The position numbers and the translations under genes were made by a program. Under the pieces are notes generated by a model. That model was not told the origin of the DNA. It saw nothing but the letters and a program-made list of their open reading frames with translations, and searched no databases. Positions 1 through 8,487 of a stretch of DNA of 55,851 nucleotides are shown here, piece after piece (position 1 is the first letter of the stretch; each line of letters opens with the position of its first letter). Source of the stretch: a candidate division FCPU426 bacterium (lineage in GTDB: Bacteria > Oederibacteriota > Muellerivitia > Muellerivitales > Muellerivitaceae); assembly GCA_963796105.1 (NCBI GenBank), contig CAWCKJ010000005.1, forward strand, positions 1 to 55,851, read 5' to 3'.

Positions 1-98
1 CGCCGGTTGAAAAGTGTGACGGTGGGCGGTCCAAAAGTGTGACACCCCCCGCCTTCCACGAGCCTTACGGTTCATGGTCGTTGGTTTGTCTTTAGTCT

Positions 99-875
99 TT
101 ACCCTTCCTTCTTGTCTTTGTGCCTTAGCCGTTTTTTCGATTCTGTTAATCTATAACTTTGGCCGTTGGCCTCCAGAATATGCACCCGATGGGTCAAACG
201 GTCAATAAGAGCCCCCGTCATCCTCTCAGAACCCATGATTTCCACCCAGTTTTCGAAGGGCAGGTTGGTCGTTACCAGCAGGCTGGTCCGCTCGTAGGCC
301 TTGCTGACAACCTCGAAGAGCAACTCGGCCCCCGCCTTGGTGAAAGGCACGTAACCCAGTTCATCCAGGACGATCAGATGGAGCCTGGCTAGCTGACGGT
401 GGAACTTGGCCAATTGTTTCTCCTCCCGGCGCTCCAGAAGCTCCGTCACTAGGCCGGTGACGGAGAAGAACTTTACCGCTCGGCCCTGGCAACAGGCCTG
501 GAAGGCTAGGGCCGAGGCCGGATGGGTTTTACCCGTTCCGGAGTTGCCGATCAGCAGGATGTTTTCTTTTTTGTCCATGTACTCGCCCCGCATGAGTTCC
601 CGGATTAATTCCTGGTTGATCGAGGGCTGGGCCTTGAAATCAAATGTGTCCAAAGTCTTGAGCACGGGAAAACCGGCATCCCGGATGCGCCTCTCCTTGG
701 CCCGGCGCTCCCGATCCAGAAGCTCTAACTCGGCCAGCTTGAGAAGGTACTGGGGATAGTCGCTGCGCTCAGTGCGGCAGAGCTGGGCCATCTTGTCGTA
801 CTCGCGCTGCATCGTGGGCAGTTTGAGTTTTTTGAGATGATGTTCCAGTAAGAGGGTCTTTTTTGATTCGCTCAT
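99..875 (-). CDS. istB: IS21 helper ATPase IstB
   Basis: LKKLKL N-terminus, Walker A GNSGTGKT, LIVLDELGY, TTNLPF, ALIDRLTH, GQSYR motifs. Confidence 0.95.
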   Translation of the reverse strand: MSESKKTLLLEHHLKKLKLPTMQREYDKMAQLCRTERSDYPQYLLKLAELELLDRERRAKERRIRDAGFPVLKTLDTFDFKAQPSINQELIRELMRGEYMDKKENILLIGNSGTGKTHPASALAFQACCQGRAVKFFSVTGLVTELLERREEKQLAKFHRQLARLHLIVLDELGYVPFTKAGAELLFEVVSKAYERTSLLVTTNLPFENWVEIMGSERMTGALIDRLTHRVHILEANGQSYRLTESKKRLRHKDKKEG

Positions 876-2431
876 GCTTCACCTCCCACGGGCATCAGTT
901 CGCGGTAGGCCGAAAGATCCGTCCGGGCCACCTGAACATGACGCAAGTGCTCACGACCGGCAAGGCTGAAGGTGGTTAGCCTGAAATCTTCCCTGGAGTA
1001 GAGAAGTTGAGCGACAGCGTCTCGGGTATAGATCTCCATCCCCACGGCCTTCTTCACTGCCCGGTGGAGCCTGCCCATGGAATGTTTTTCCAAAAGCCTC
1101 ATCGTCTTGATGAATTCCCGTGTTCCCTCGCCGTGGAGCTTTTCCTTGGATTTCATACGGCGGTGCAGAAGGGTGAAACTTTCCGGAAGATTCCAGTCTT
1201 CCAGGGGTCTGGCATGATCAAATGCTCCCGGTTTTCCCTCCAAGATCGCCAAATAATGCACTGGATTGAAGGATATGCCTTCCTTGCACCAAAGGCGATC
1301 ATGCTTCGCAATACGTTTGTCCCTGTAGAAAACATCCACCCGGTCGATGTATCCCTTCACCACTACAGGATGGTGTGCCCACTCCGAAGGCACAGAATAG
1401 TCGTTGGTGTCGAAACGCACCAGGGACGAGGACGTTGCCGTTGTGGACTGCTTCAGACAGGCGTCAAAAGATGTGGCCGGCAAAGGCCGGAATTTGGCCT
1501 TATCCTCGTCAAGAAGCTGTTTTTTGGGGAGGAACTTGCCGCGCAATTTTCGTTCGAGATCCTCGCGGCATTTCACTTTCAATTGTTCGTTTAGTTCTTC
1601 TAGGGTTCCCACTTGCGGCACTGGCACCATGAAATTTAGCCGGACATATTTCACCCCGCCTTCCACGACACCTTTTTCATTTCCACGGCGTATCGTGCAA
1701 AAGTGGTGATCAAAGAGATAGTGGCTTTCCAACTGCTGAAAACTCCGTGCCAACACCCGTTTATGCACCCCGATAATTTTCGTCACGAGGGTTTTGGCGT
1801 TGTCGTAACTGATCCGCCAGGGCACTCCACCAAAGTATTCAAAAGCCCGGATGTGGCCTTCCCACACAAACTCCGTACTCTCTCGCTCAAACATCTGTAC
1901 GAAAAAGGCATCCGAATAGGGCAAGGCCATTACAAAAAACGGACGTTTGACCAACACACCGTTGAGCTTCACCAAGGCGTGCCCAAAATCCACCTGCGCC
2001 TCGCCGGGTCGGTGGATCAAAGGTACGAACACCTCGCTATTTCTCTTTTTAATCCCCCGGACCGCTCTTTTTACCTGGGTATAACAGCCGGTGTATCCAT
2101 CTTCGGCTTTCAGGCGTTCAAAAATGCGCTTAGCGCTGTGGCGCTGTTTTTTGTGGACGTGCTTGTCGTCCTCCAGGATTTGCTTGATCCGACCCAGGAA
2201 AGGCCCTACCTTCGGTTGGGGCCTCTCTTGACTCATTTGGTAACCTGGAGGCTCACTATTGGCGAGTATTTTCTTGAGGGTTTCCCAGTGAATGCCTTCT
2301 TCTGCCATCACCTGGCGCTTGGGAACGCCCTCCACCAGGATTTTCTTGCGGATTTTCGTCCATTTGTCCATGTCTTTGTACACTCCTTTTCCTTCCGGTT
2401 TCTGTAGTTCCATTTTCTGGAACCACATCAT
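872..2431 (-). CDS. istA: IS21 transposase IstA (true start probably near 2371)
   Basis: PGEAQVDFG, GGVP..ISYDN, EKGVVEGGV DDE motifs; FDTNDYSVP. Confidence 0.95.
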   Translation of the reverse strand: MMWFQKMELQKPEGKGVYKDMDKWTKIRKKILVEGVPKRQVMAEEGIHWETLKKILANSEPPGYQMSQERPQPKVGPFLGRIKQILEDDKHVHKKQRHSAKRIFERLKAEDGYTGCYTQVKRAVRGIKKRNSEVFVPLIHRPGEAQVDFGHALVKLNGVLVKRPFFVMALPYSDAFFVQMFERESTEFVWEGHIRAFEYFGGVPWRISYDNAKTLVTKIIGVHKRVLARSFQQLESHYLFDHHFCTIRRGNEKGVVEGGVKYVRLNFMVPVPQVGTLEELNEQLKVKCREDLERKLRGKFLPKKQLLDEDKAKFRPLPATSFDACLKQSTTATSSSLVRFDTNDYSVPSEWAHHPVVVKGYIDRVDVFYRDKRIAKHDRLWCKEGISFNPVHYLAILEGKPGAFDHARPLEDWNLPESFTLLHRRMKSKEKLHGEGTREFIKTMRLLEKHSMGRLHRAVKKAVGMEIYTRDAVAQLLYSREDFRLTTFSLAGREHLRHVQVARTDLSAYRELMPVGGEA

Positions 2432-2512
2432 CCCGGAAAATCGGGGAGCGTCACACTTTTCGACCGCCTTTTTTGCCCTCTAGACCGTCACACTTTTGGA
2501 ACGGCGTTTACA

Positions 2513-2688
2513 TTCCTATGGATGGGGAAAGTCGCCCGGCCGTCCTGGAGGCATGTTTGCGACACGGTTTATCGGCTTACGATGCCGCCTACTTGGTTTT
2601 GGCCGACTTGCGCGGGATTTCTCTGTTGAGCGCGGACCCCGACCTTCTCTCCCTGCGTTCCCGCTTTTCCTGGATCAAGCCGATTTAG
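2513..2688 (+). pseudogene. 3' half of a PIN-domain (VapC-like) gene interrupted by IS21
   Basis: LSAYDAAYLVLA...LLSAD is the C-terminal PIN motif; the frame begins at the IS end. Confidence 0.8.
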
Positions 2689-2706
2689 GATTATGTAATT
2701 GGTGGT

Positions 2707-2922
2707 TTAATACCAACTGTAAAGAACGCTGGGATGGATCGCCATGGCTTTGGCGATTTTCACGGTATTCTTGACCGTCACGCTATATTCCCCGCGTTCG
2801 ATATTCCCGATATAGTTCCGGCTCAAACCGGTCTTTTCGGCAAGAGCTTCCTGGGATAGGCCTTTTCTTACCCTGATTTTCCTGAGGGTTTCCCCGAATT
2901 TGATGTCCGCGTTGTTTTTCAC
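2707..2922 (-). CDS. XRE-family HTH regulator (C-protein-like)
   Basis: FGETLRKIR..KGLSQEALAEKTGLSRNYIGNIERGE. Confidence 0.9.
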   Translation of the reverse strand: MKNNADIKFGETLRKIRVRKGLSQEALAEKTGLSRNYIGNIERGEYSVTVKNTVKIAKAMAIHPSVLYSWY

Positions 2923-2955
2923 GAGGACAGATTAGAAATCTTGAATTATAAAGGC

Positions 2956-2973
2956 TACCAAGTATACTTGGTA
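2956..2973. promoter_or_regulatory. Perfect 18-bp palindrome TACCAAGTATACTTGGTA, putative XRE operator
   Basis: Lies between the divergent starts at 2922(-) and 2976(+). Confidence 0.65.
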
Positions 2974-2975
2974 TT

Positions 2976-3218
2976 ATGGATATAAACCCCGGAATTCTCC
3001 ATATTTATCCCTCCTCAGCCAACCGGGAAGGGGCCTATATCGTAGGTGACGAAGAAGGGCTTTTTGACCTTTGGCTGGCAATAGGGGAATCCATCATATC
3101 CGGCAAAGGGCAGGGAAGCGCCGACGTCCAGACCGGCCAGGGCACCCGGTACCCCATCCACATCATCCAAGTTGACCGGGAATCACACTTCCTCAAACAA
3201 TTCGCCCCTGTTCTTTAA
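2976..3218 (+). CDS. Hypothetical protein
   Basis: 80-aa ORF divergent from the XRE gene. Confidence 0.55.
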   Translation: MDINPGILHIYPSSANREGAYIVGDEEGLFDLWLAIGESIISGKGQGSADVQTGQGTRYPIHIIQVDRESHFLKQFAPVL

Positions 3219-3315
3219 ATCTATTGAATCGTGAAACTTGAATTTAACTCGTTTCATGCAAAAGTTTTTTAAAGCGGTATTCTTTTTATAAGAGCAGTGT
3301 TTGCCGGGGTGTGCC

Positions 3316-3558
3316 ATGGAAAAGAAGGAACTAAAACGTTGCTATATCCTTCAAAAGGACATCTACCTGATCCATGAGGTAGACCGGATTAACCGTGGGG
3401 ATAAGGTCATTTTAGGCAGTCGTAATCGAAGGTGCAGCGATTCTCCAAGTTGCGATAATCAAAAACTAAAATGTAAGTGGGTTTCGTCGGATTACATTTA
3501 CGACGGTATGAACCCAAAAAACTTACCTCCACCGGACGAAAACCCTCTCAATAATTAA
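3316..3558 (+). CDS. Small Cys-containing hypothetical protein
   Basis: ATG at 3316 after GGGG; four Cys. Confidence 0.5.
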   Translation: MEKKELKRCYILQKDIYLIHEVDRINRGDKVILGSRNRRCSDSPSCDNQKLKCKWVSSDYIYDGMNPKNLPPPDENPLNN

Positions 3559-3562
3559 TTCC

Positions 3563-4144
3563 TCATTCATGGGATGTATTGAAGTGGACTTTATTGCCTA
3601 TATTGTCATCCACCGGGAAGATTTTAGAAGCGTGTTGTTGTAACACCATATCTAGGTCGATCACTTTATCGGCGAAACGGATCAATTCCCGGGGTTGAAC
3701 ATCAGGAAATAGGGCTATTTCAATATGCTTTCCGGTTTGTTTAACCAATTCCATTACGGGCGAATAATCGTCATCCTCGGTCACGAGAATGGCGGTGTCA
3801 TATAAATCCCGCGCCGCGTAAAAGACCAATTCGGAGGACAGCAAGACTTCTACACCCTTTTCATGGTAACTACTTTTATCGTGGTTAAGCACCATGCGCC
3901 CCATTCTTGTTTCCAGATAGGGTGTACGGTCGAGGGAATCCAGGAAGGGAAGCTGGGTTTTAGCTTTTTCAGGGAAGTTTTTCTGGTCGTAGGCGACGTT
4001 ATAATAATAAGCCCGCTGTAATTTCCGGTCCGGGCCTACCAAGGCGGAACTTAGTTGGAAGTAATCAACTCTTGTCGCCCGGTTATTCCGCTTGAGACCA
4101 AAATAGAAGTTATTTCCATCGATAAAAACACAAACTCGTTCCAT
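3563..4144 (-). CDS. NYN-domain (LabA/DUF88) protein
   Basis: VFIDGNNF, RAYYY, EKGVEV, LVTEDDDY motifs. Confidence 0.9.
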   Translation of the reverse strand: MERVCVFIDGNNFYFGLKRNNRATRVDYFQLSSALVGPDRKLQRAYYYNVAYDQKNFPEKAKTQLPFLDSLDRTPYLETRMGRMVLNHDKSSYHEKGVEVLLSSELVFYAARDLYDTAILVTEDDDYSPVMELVKQTGKHIEIALFPDVQPRELIRFADKVIDLDMVLQQHASKIFPVDDNIGNKVHFNTSHE

Positions 4145-4492
4145 TTATATTTATTTCCTTCCTTCATATTGAAAGTGGGACTTTATTTAGATGGCTTTTA
4201 TTGTAACCCCACGATTCACGCTGAATCTTTGAGGTCGGAGACTGCTTTGCACCGATCCTCATATTTTTATAATCATGGTGAAGCCGGTGCTATGCCACTT
4301 ACCAATTAATTCATAAAATTAGAAAAGTGGTATGTAGCTTTATTTTTAATTTTTAGCAGTCTCCAATTATAAAAAAAGGGGGTTTTATTACAATGTATTA
4401 GACGTTGGGTAATGCCCCAAAAAGGTCGTGTCAACAACCAACACATAGATATAATTGCCTAGTTTTATCCCCTTCATTTTGGCGAGGTTTTA

Positions 4493-4681
4493 ATGGCGGT
4501 ATTTAAGGTCGGTGACCCGGTGGTTCATATTGTTTCTCAGGAAGAGGGAGTAGTGAAAAGTTTGCACCTATTTCGTGTCGGGACCAACACCGGAGAGAGC
4601 CTTTTGGTGACGGTAGGGAAGGAAGACAAAGTTTGGCTTTCCGACGAAACAGCCATTTTGGATCACTCGAATAGGCATTAG
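4493..4681 (+). CDS. Small SH3/KOW-like hypothetical protein
   Basis: FKVGDPVVH...GVV pattern; GAGG RBS. Confidence 0.6.
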   Translation: MAVFKVGDPVVHIVSQEEGVVKSLHLFRVGTNTGESLLVTVGKEDKVWLSDETAILDHSNRH

Positions 4682-5150
4682 TCCTATATTAGGGGCTGTC
4701 ATGGCCAGCCTTTTGACTAACGCACCATGTTTCGCCCACTTGAGAGCGGGCGACTTGGTAAATCGTCAACGTAAAGGGGTTTCTTTTGGGTGATCGGCGG
4801 TGCTTTGGATACCCGGATACCACCTTAAAAATAACTTATGCCTAAAAATATTGAAATAAATGACTGGGTCCAACACCAACGATTTAAGCTTATCGGCCAG
4901 GTGATAAAAATCGTGCGCTCGAATAAGGACCACAATACCATCCTGAAAGTCTGGACCAGCGACCAGCTCCCCCTGCAAACGTGGGAAGAAGAGAACGTGA
5001 CCTTTATGAAGAAAGGCAACGGTAGGGAAGAAAAATAAATTCTATCTTTCCGACGAAATAACGATTTTTGACTCTTCGAACAGGCGTTAGTCCTATTATT
5101 TATGTGCTGGCATGGCCAGCCGATTGACTAACGCACCATGCTTCGCCCAC
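4637..5150 (+). repeat. Diverged ~104-bp direct repeat (4637-4739 and 5046-5150): ORF 3' end plus structured downstream element
   Basis: CTTTCCGACGAAA...TTAGTCC...CATGGCCAGCC..TTGACTAACGCACCATG.TTCGCCCAC in both copies. Confidence 0.85.
4838..5038 (+). CDS. Small SH3-like hypothetical protein
   Basis: IEINDWVQH...IGQVIK pattern. Confidence 0.5.
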   Translation: MPKNIEINDWVQHQRFKLIGQVIKIVRSNKDHNTILKVWTSDQLPLQTWEEENVTFMKKGNGREEK

Positions 5151-5350
5151 ATTGGAGCCTTTTATAATGGCTCCAACACACTCAAGGCTTGCGCCTCAAC
5201 TTGAGGTTTCGGCACAGAGGCTTGTGGGCGGGCGGCAGGGCATTATTCCAGCCGCTATAGACGTTGGCAGTCTCGACGCAGGGGTTGAGGACTGATATAA
5301 TTTTCAGAAGCTGGTAGTCAGCTTGTAATCTGGAACCTAAAGAGGCGCAA

Positions 5351-5605
5351 ATGTTAGTGGAATATATCCAGGCCGCGCTTGAACGCGCACATTATGAGAA
5401 GATCAGGGATAAAGAACCCTTCTATGCCGAGATTCCGGCCCTTCGGGGAGTTTGGGCCACAGGTAAATCCCTTGAAGAATGTCGGCGTAATTTGACCGAA
5501 ACAATCGAGGGATGGATAATCGTCCGCCTCCGGAAGGGCCTCTCCATTCCCAAGATCAAGGGTCTGACAATCAAATCCGCCACCCGCATTCCCATTCATG
5601 CCTAG
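5351..5605 (+). CDS. hicB: HicB-family antitoxin (short form)
   Basis: FYAEIPALRGVWATGKSLEECRRNL.E.IEGWI. Confidence 0.9.
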   Translation: MLVEYIQAALERAHYEKIRDKEPFYAEIPALRGVWATGKSLEECRRNLTETIEGWIIVRLRKGLSIPKIKGLTIKSATRIPIHA

Positions 5606-5819
5606 ACTCAAGCCGGTTTCCTGGCGCGAGTTGATCCAGAAACTAAAAATTCTCGGTTTTGAGGGCCCCTATCAGGGCGGCAAACACCCCTATATGGTGC
5701 GGGGGAACATGGTTCTAACCATTCCGAACATCCATCGCGGGGAAATTTCTGTGGACCTTGTGTTGCGCCTTCTTCGGCAGGGGGGTATTTCCCGGCAGGA
5801 ATGGCTTAATTCTAATTAA
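5598..5819 (+). CDS. hicA: HicA-family mRNA interferase toxin
   Basis: ELIQKLKILGF..GGKHPYM..LTIPN.H..EI; overlaps hicB. Confidence 0.9.
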   Translation: MPRLKPVSWRELIQKLKILGFEGPYQGGKHPYMVRGNMVLTIPNIHRGEISVDLVLRLLRQGGISRQEWLNSN

Positions 5820-5867
5820 TCCCGCTCAACTTATCCCAATGAAGCACTAAACTTTTTTTTCTGCGGT

Positions 5868-6509
5868 TTGCAGGAGATTATTTTGTATTCCACAAACATC
5901 AAACCCATTTATTCCCCTGAACATCACCAGGCTGGTCTAAAGACCCTAGAAGCTCTCTGGTCGCGGGGTATCGCACCCGCTCAGGCCAAAACCCATTGGT
6001 TTTTTACTTGGTACACCCTTCATAACTGCAATATGAGAAACGCATCAAAAGTTACTCGCTTACACCGCAATACACTCTACTCCTATTTCAATACTTCCCT
6101 GGGTTTGAAATCTTTAATACCTTTTCGGCGTCTCTGGAATAAAAACATGAAGGTGAATCCCTCGGAACCCTTTGAAGGCAATTTCCACCAGTTTTGGAAA
6201 AATATACGTTTCAAATTTGACCTTAGCGCAATAGATAACGCCGCTCTAATCGGCCTTTGGAGAACGGGTTTTCCGGCCAGGATGCTTCCACCTTGTTTTG
6301 TCCTTTGGGCTTTGCGAAACGGTAAATCCCGTGATTACATCCTTAATAAATTTGAAATCACCCATAGGAACACCATCTATTATCACTTTTGGAATTGGCG
6401 TCTTAAAAAGTCAAAAACCTATTATTGGTTGGGCCCTATGAACCCCACCCGGAGGGATTGGGGCCTAAAAGGGAAGAAAGGCCGTAAACAAAAAGCAATT
6501 GTTGCTTAA
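5868..6509 (+). CDS. Hypothetical protein with two HTH-like segments
   Basis: NASKVTRLHRNTLY and KFEITHRNTIY resemble Fis-type recognition helices. Confidence 0.5.
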   Translation: MQEIILYSTNIKPIYSPEHHQAGLKTLEALWSRGIAPAQAKTHWFFTWYTLHNCNMRNASKVTRLHRNTLYSYFNTSLGLKSLIPFRRLWNKNMKVNPSEPFEGNFHQFWKNIRFKFDLSAIDNAALIGLWRTGFPARMLPPCFVLWALRNGKSRDYILNKFEITHRNTIYYHFWNWRLKKSKTYYWLGPMNPTRRDWGLKGKKGRKQKAIVA

Positions 6510-7132
6510 GAACCTATTTTGGGGGCTGAATTCCAAAATTGGTTTGGTTTTTGTGGTGGACGTACTTTACTTGATTTCAAAACCCATCCAATGCCTGACT
6601 TATAGTATTGCCAAAGCCAATGTTGGATGAGCGATTGGGAACGGCCTAGCCGCTTTCCAACCACTTTGACTTTCATGCCTTCCGCAAGCCAGGCAAGTGC
6701 CTGAAGCTTTTCCTTTATCCAAATTTTTTCCTCTTTTTGCAAATAGGATTCAATCTCTTGGCGGTCCATATCCCGTTTTCTATTGGTATAAAAGCCATTT
6801 TTATCGATTGCAATGGTTGAGAAAGGTAGATAACTGGAAAATTTTATTTTTAGGAGTCTTATCGTTTGGGTCAACACATGGTCCAGGGATAATACGATTT
6901 CCAAAAATAAACGATCATTACGGATTTGCCCCATTTCATATTTTTTCCATTTGCCAAGCGTGCAGCCAAATTGGTTAGCGGCCTGTTTTAGGGTCATCCC
7001 CTTTTTTAAACGAAGTTCCCGGATCAACTCGCCAATTTTCTTTTCAAAATTCTTCCGTGATGCCGCCAATCTGATCCTGTAAAACTTCTTTGATGTGGAT
7101 AACTCATTTAAAGTGGGGGTTTGGGGGTCCAT
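6506..7132 (-). CDS. Double-HTH DNA-binding protein (XRE plus C-terminal HTH)
   Basis: IRELRLKKGMTLKQAA..WKKYEMG; VGKRLGRSQSLIQHW. Confidence 0.65.
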   Translation of the reverse strand: MDPQTPTLNELSTSKKFYRIRLAASRKNFEKKIGELIRELRLKKGMTLKQAANQFGCTLGKWKKYEMGQIRNDRLFLEIVLSLDHVLTQTIRLLKIKFSSYLPFSTIAIDKNGFYTNRKRDMDRQEIESYLQKEEKIWIKEKLQALAWLAEGMKVKVVGKRLGRSQSLIQHWLWQYYKSGIGWVLKSSKVRPPQKPNQFWNSAPKIGS

Positions 7133-7162
7133 ATATTAATGTCCTTTCACTTTCAACCGGCA

Positions 7163-7702
7163 TCAAAACCTATTCTCGTTAATCCACTTCTGAATTTCAT
7201 CCTCGACGGTAAAGGTTTGGAAAGGATCTTTGACGAAGGTCTCGTCCAGTAAATAAGCGTTGGCCTCAAGCGGGATGCGTTCGTATTTATCCATTCTTAA
7301 CAACCCCCGGACGTATTTATTTGCGAATTGCTTGTAACCCAGCTTTTGGTATTGAACCACATGGACAAGTTCGTGAAAAACAATCCTGGACTCCAATTCC
7401 CCAAAATAAACAACGACATCCAGGAAAGTAATAGCCCTCAAGTGAATAATCGAAAATTCCACGCCTTTTCGGTTCAATTCCACCAGGAAAGCCGGGCTTT
7501 CCAACGGCCCGTCCTTTTTTTGGAAAAACAAGGTGTGTTTCAGGATAAAGTCGTTGAAATAGGGACGGAAAGGTTTCAGTTGATCGGGTGGTAAAGGTGC
7601 CCCGTATGGGGCGTAAAACTCCCTTTGGGACTTGATGAAGTCGGCCGTCAGGCCTACGTAACGAATGATTTCACTCTCGGAAAAACTGCTTGTGAACATC
7701 AT
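7163..7702 (-). CDS. Putative zinc metallopeptidase (DUF4157-like)
   Basis: AITF, FHELVHVVQY (HExxH), PLEANAY. Confidence 0.75.
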   Translation of the reverse strand: MMFTSSFSESEIIRYVGLTADFIKSQREFYAPYGAPLPPDQLKPFRPYFNDFILKHTLFFQKKDGPLESPAFLVELNRKGVEFSIIHLRAITFLDVVVYFGELESRIVFHELVHVVQYQKLGYKQFANKYVRGLLRMDKYERIPLEANAYLLDETFVKDPFQTFTVEDEIQKWINENRF

Positions 7703-7762
7703 AAAATTACAGCCTTTTTTCTATCGGGGCATGACACCCCAGCCCAAAGCCCTTCTTTTCTT

Positions 7763-7978
7763 CTAAAGACCTTGAATCAAATCCTCCAACCGGCAACCAA
7801 GGGCATCGGCTATTTTCTTACCCGTCCGCAAGGTAACGCTTTTTTGGCCCCTTTCCAAAAGACCAATATAGGTTTGAGTTAGCCCGGCCAATTCCCCGAG
7901 TACCTTTTGCGTGAGTTTCTTGTTTAACCGTCTTTTTTTTAAGTTGTGGCCAAATATGGCATAAGTGGTGTCTTTCAC
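7763..7978 (-). CDS. XRE-family HTH regulator
   Basis: FGHNLKKRR..LTQKVLGELAGLTQTYIGLLERG. Confidence 0.9.
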   Translation of the reverse strand: MKDTTYAIFGHNLKKRRLNKKLTQKVLGELAGLTQTYIGLLERGQKSVTLRTGKKIADALGCRLEDLIQGL

Positions 7979-8011
7979 ATTGACAAGATTAATTCCAAGG
8001 TGTAGTTATCG

Positions 8012-8029
8012 TAGTAACTATAGTTACTA
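8012..8029. promoter_or_regulatory. Perfect 18-bp palindrome TAGTAACTATAGTTACTA, putative XRE operator
   Basis: 33 bp upstream of the XRE start, the same offset as the palindrome at 2956. Confidence 0.65.
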
Positions 8030-8080
8030 TTCTAAATTAGCGGTTTTTATTGGTGAATTAGTGTTCCAACCGCCTTTTGG

Positions 8081-8374
8081 GTGCATTCTATGGATCGCCT
8101 ATTCGAAATAGGGTCTATCGTGGATGATTGTTTGACAACGACAACGCTTGCCCGTGTGTACCCTCAGGAAAAGACGTTGGAGGAGAGATACCTTTCAAAA
8201 TCGGAAGTATCAGCCCGGCACCGCCTGATTCATATCGAATTAATGGAATTAGCCGACAAAGCCTTGCGGGGGAGGATTAAACCGCCTTTAACAGACGGGG
8301 AAGTGCTTTTTGTTTGCCGCCGGATCGAGATTTTTCTAATAGCCCGTGGCTTTTCGGTAAATATGACCCTTTAA
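8081..8374 (+). CDS. Hypothetical protein
   Basis: 97-aa ORF divergent from the XRE gene. Confidence 0.5.
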   Translation: MHSMDRLFEIGSIVDDCLTTTTLARVYPQEKTLEERYLSKSEVSARHRLIHIELMELADKALRGRIKPPLTDGEVLFVCRRIEIFLIARGFSVNMTL

Positions 8375-8487
8375 TCCTTTAATTCCTGCCGTACCTTAAC
8401 TTCGTTTAAAAAATCCTTAGTAATTCACACGATAATTGTTCAAAACCATAATTTGAAATTTCGCCTTATTGTCTGAACGCTAAATGC

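Larger units (their letters stand above)
1..2512 (-). mobile_element. IS21-family insertion sequence (istA-istB); outermost ~6 bp of one end lie outside the window
   Basis: istA/istB pair. Reiterated AAAAGTGTGAC boxes at 10-43 are inverted at 2449-2497. The right end ...GGAACGGCGTTTACA (2512) is the inverse of the window start CGCCG...AAAAGTGTGACGG. TG...CA termini are typical of IS21. Confidence 0.93.

Noticed and set aside
4673..4739. HDV-like ribozyme
   Set aside because: A pseudoknot is possible, but I could not assign the nested P1/P1.1/P2/P3/P4 arrangement or the catalytic C.
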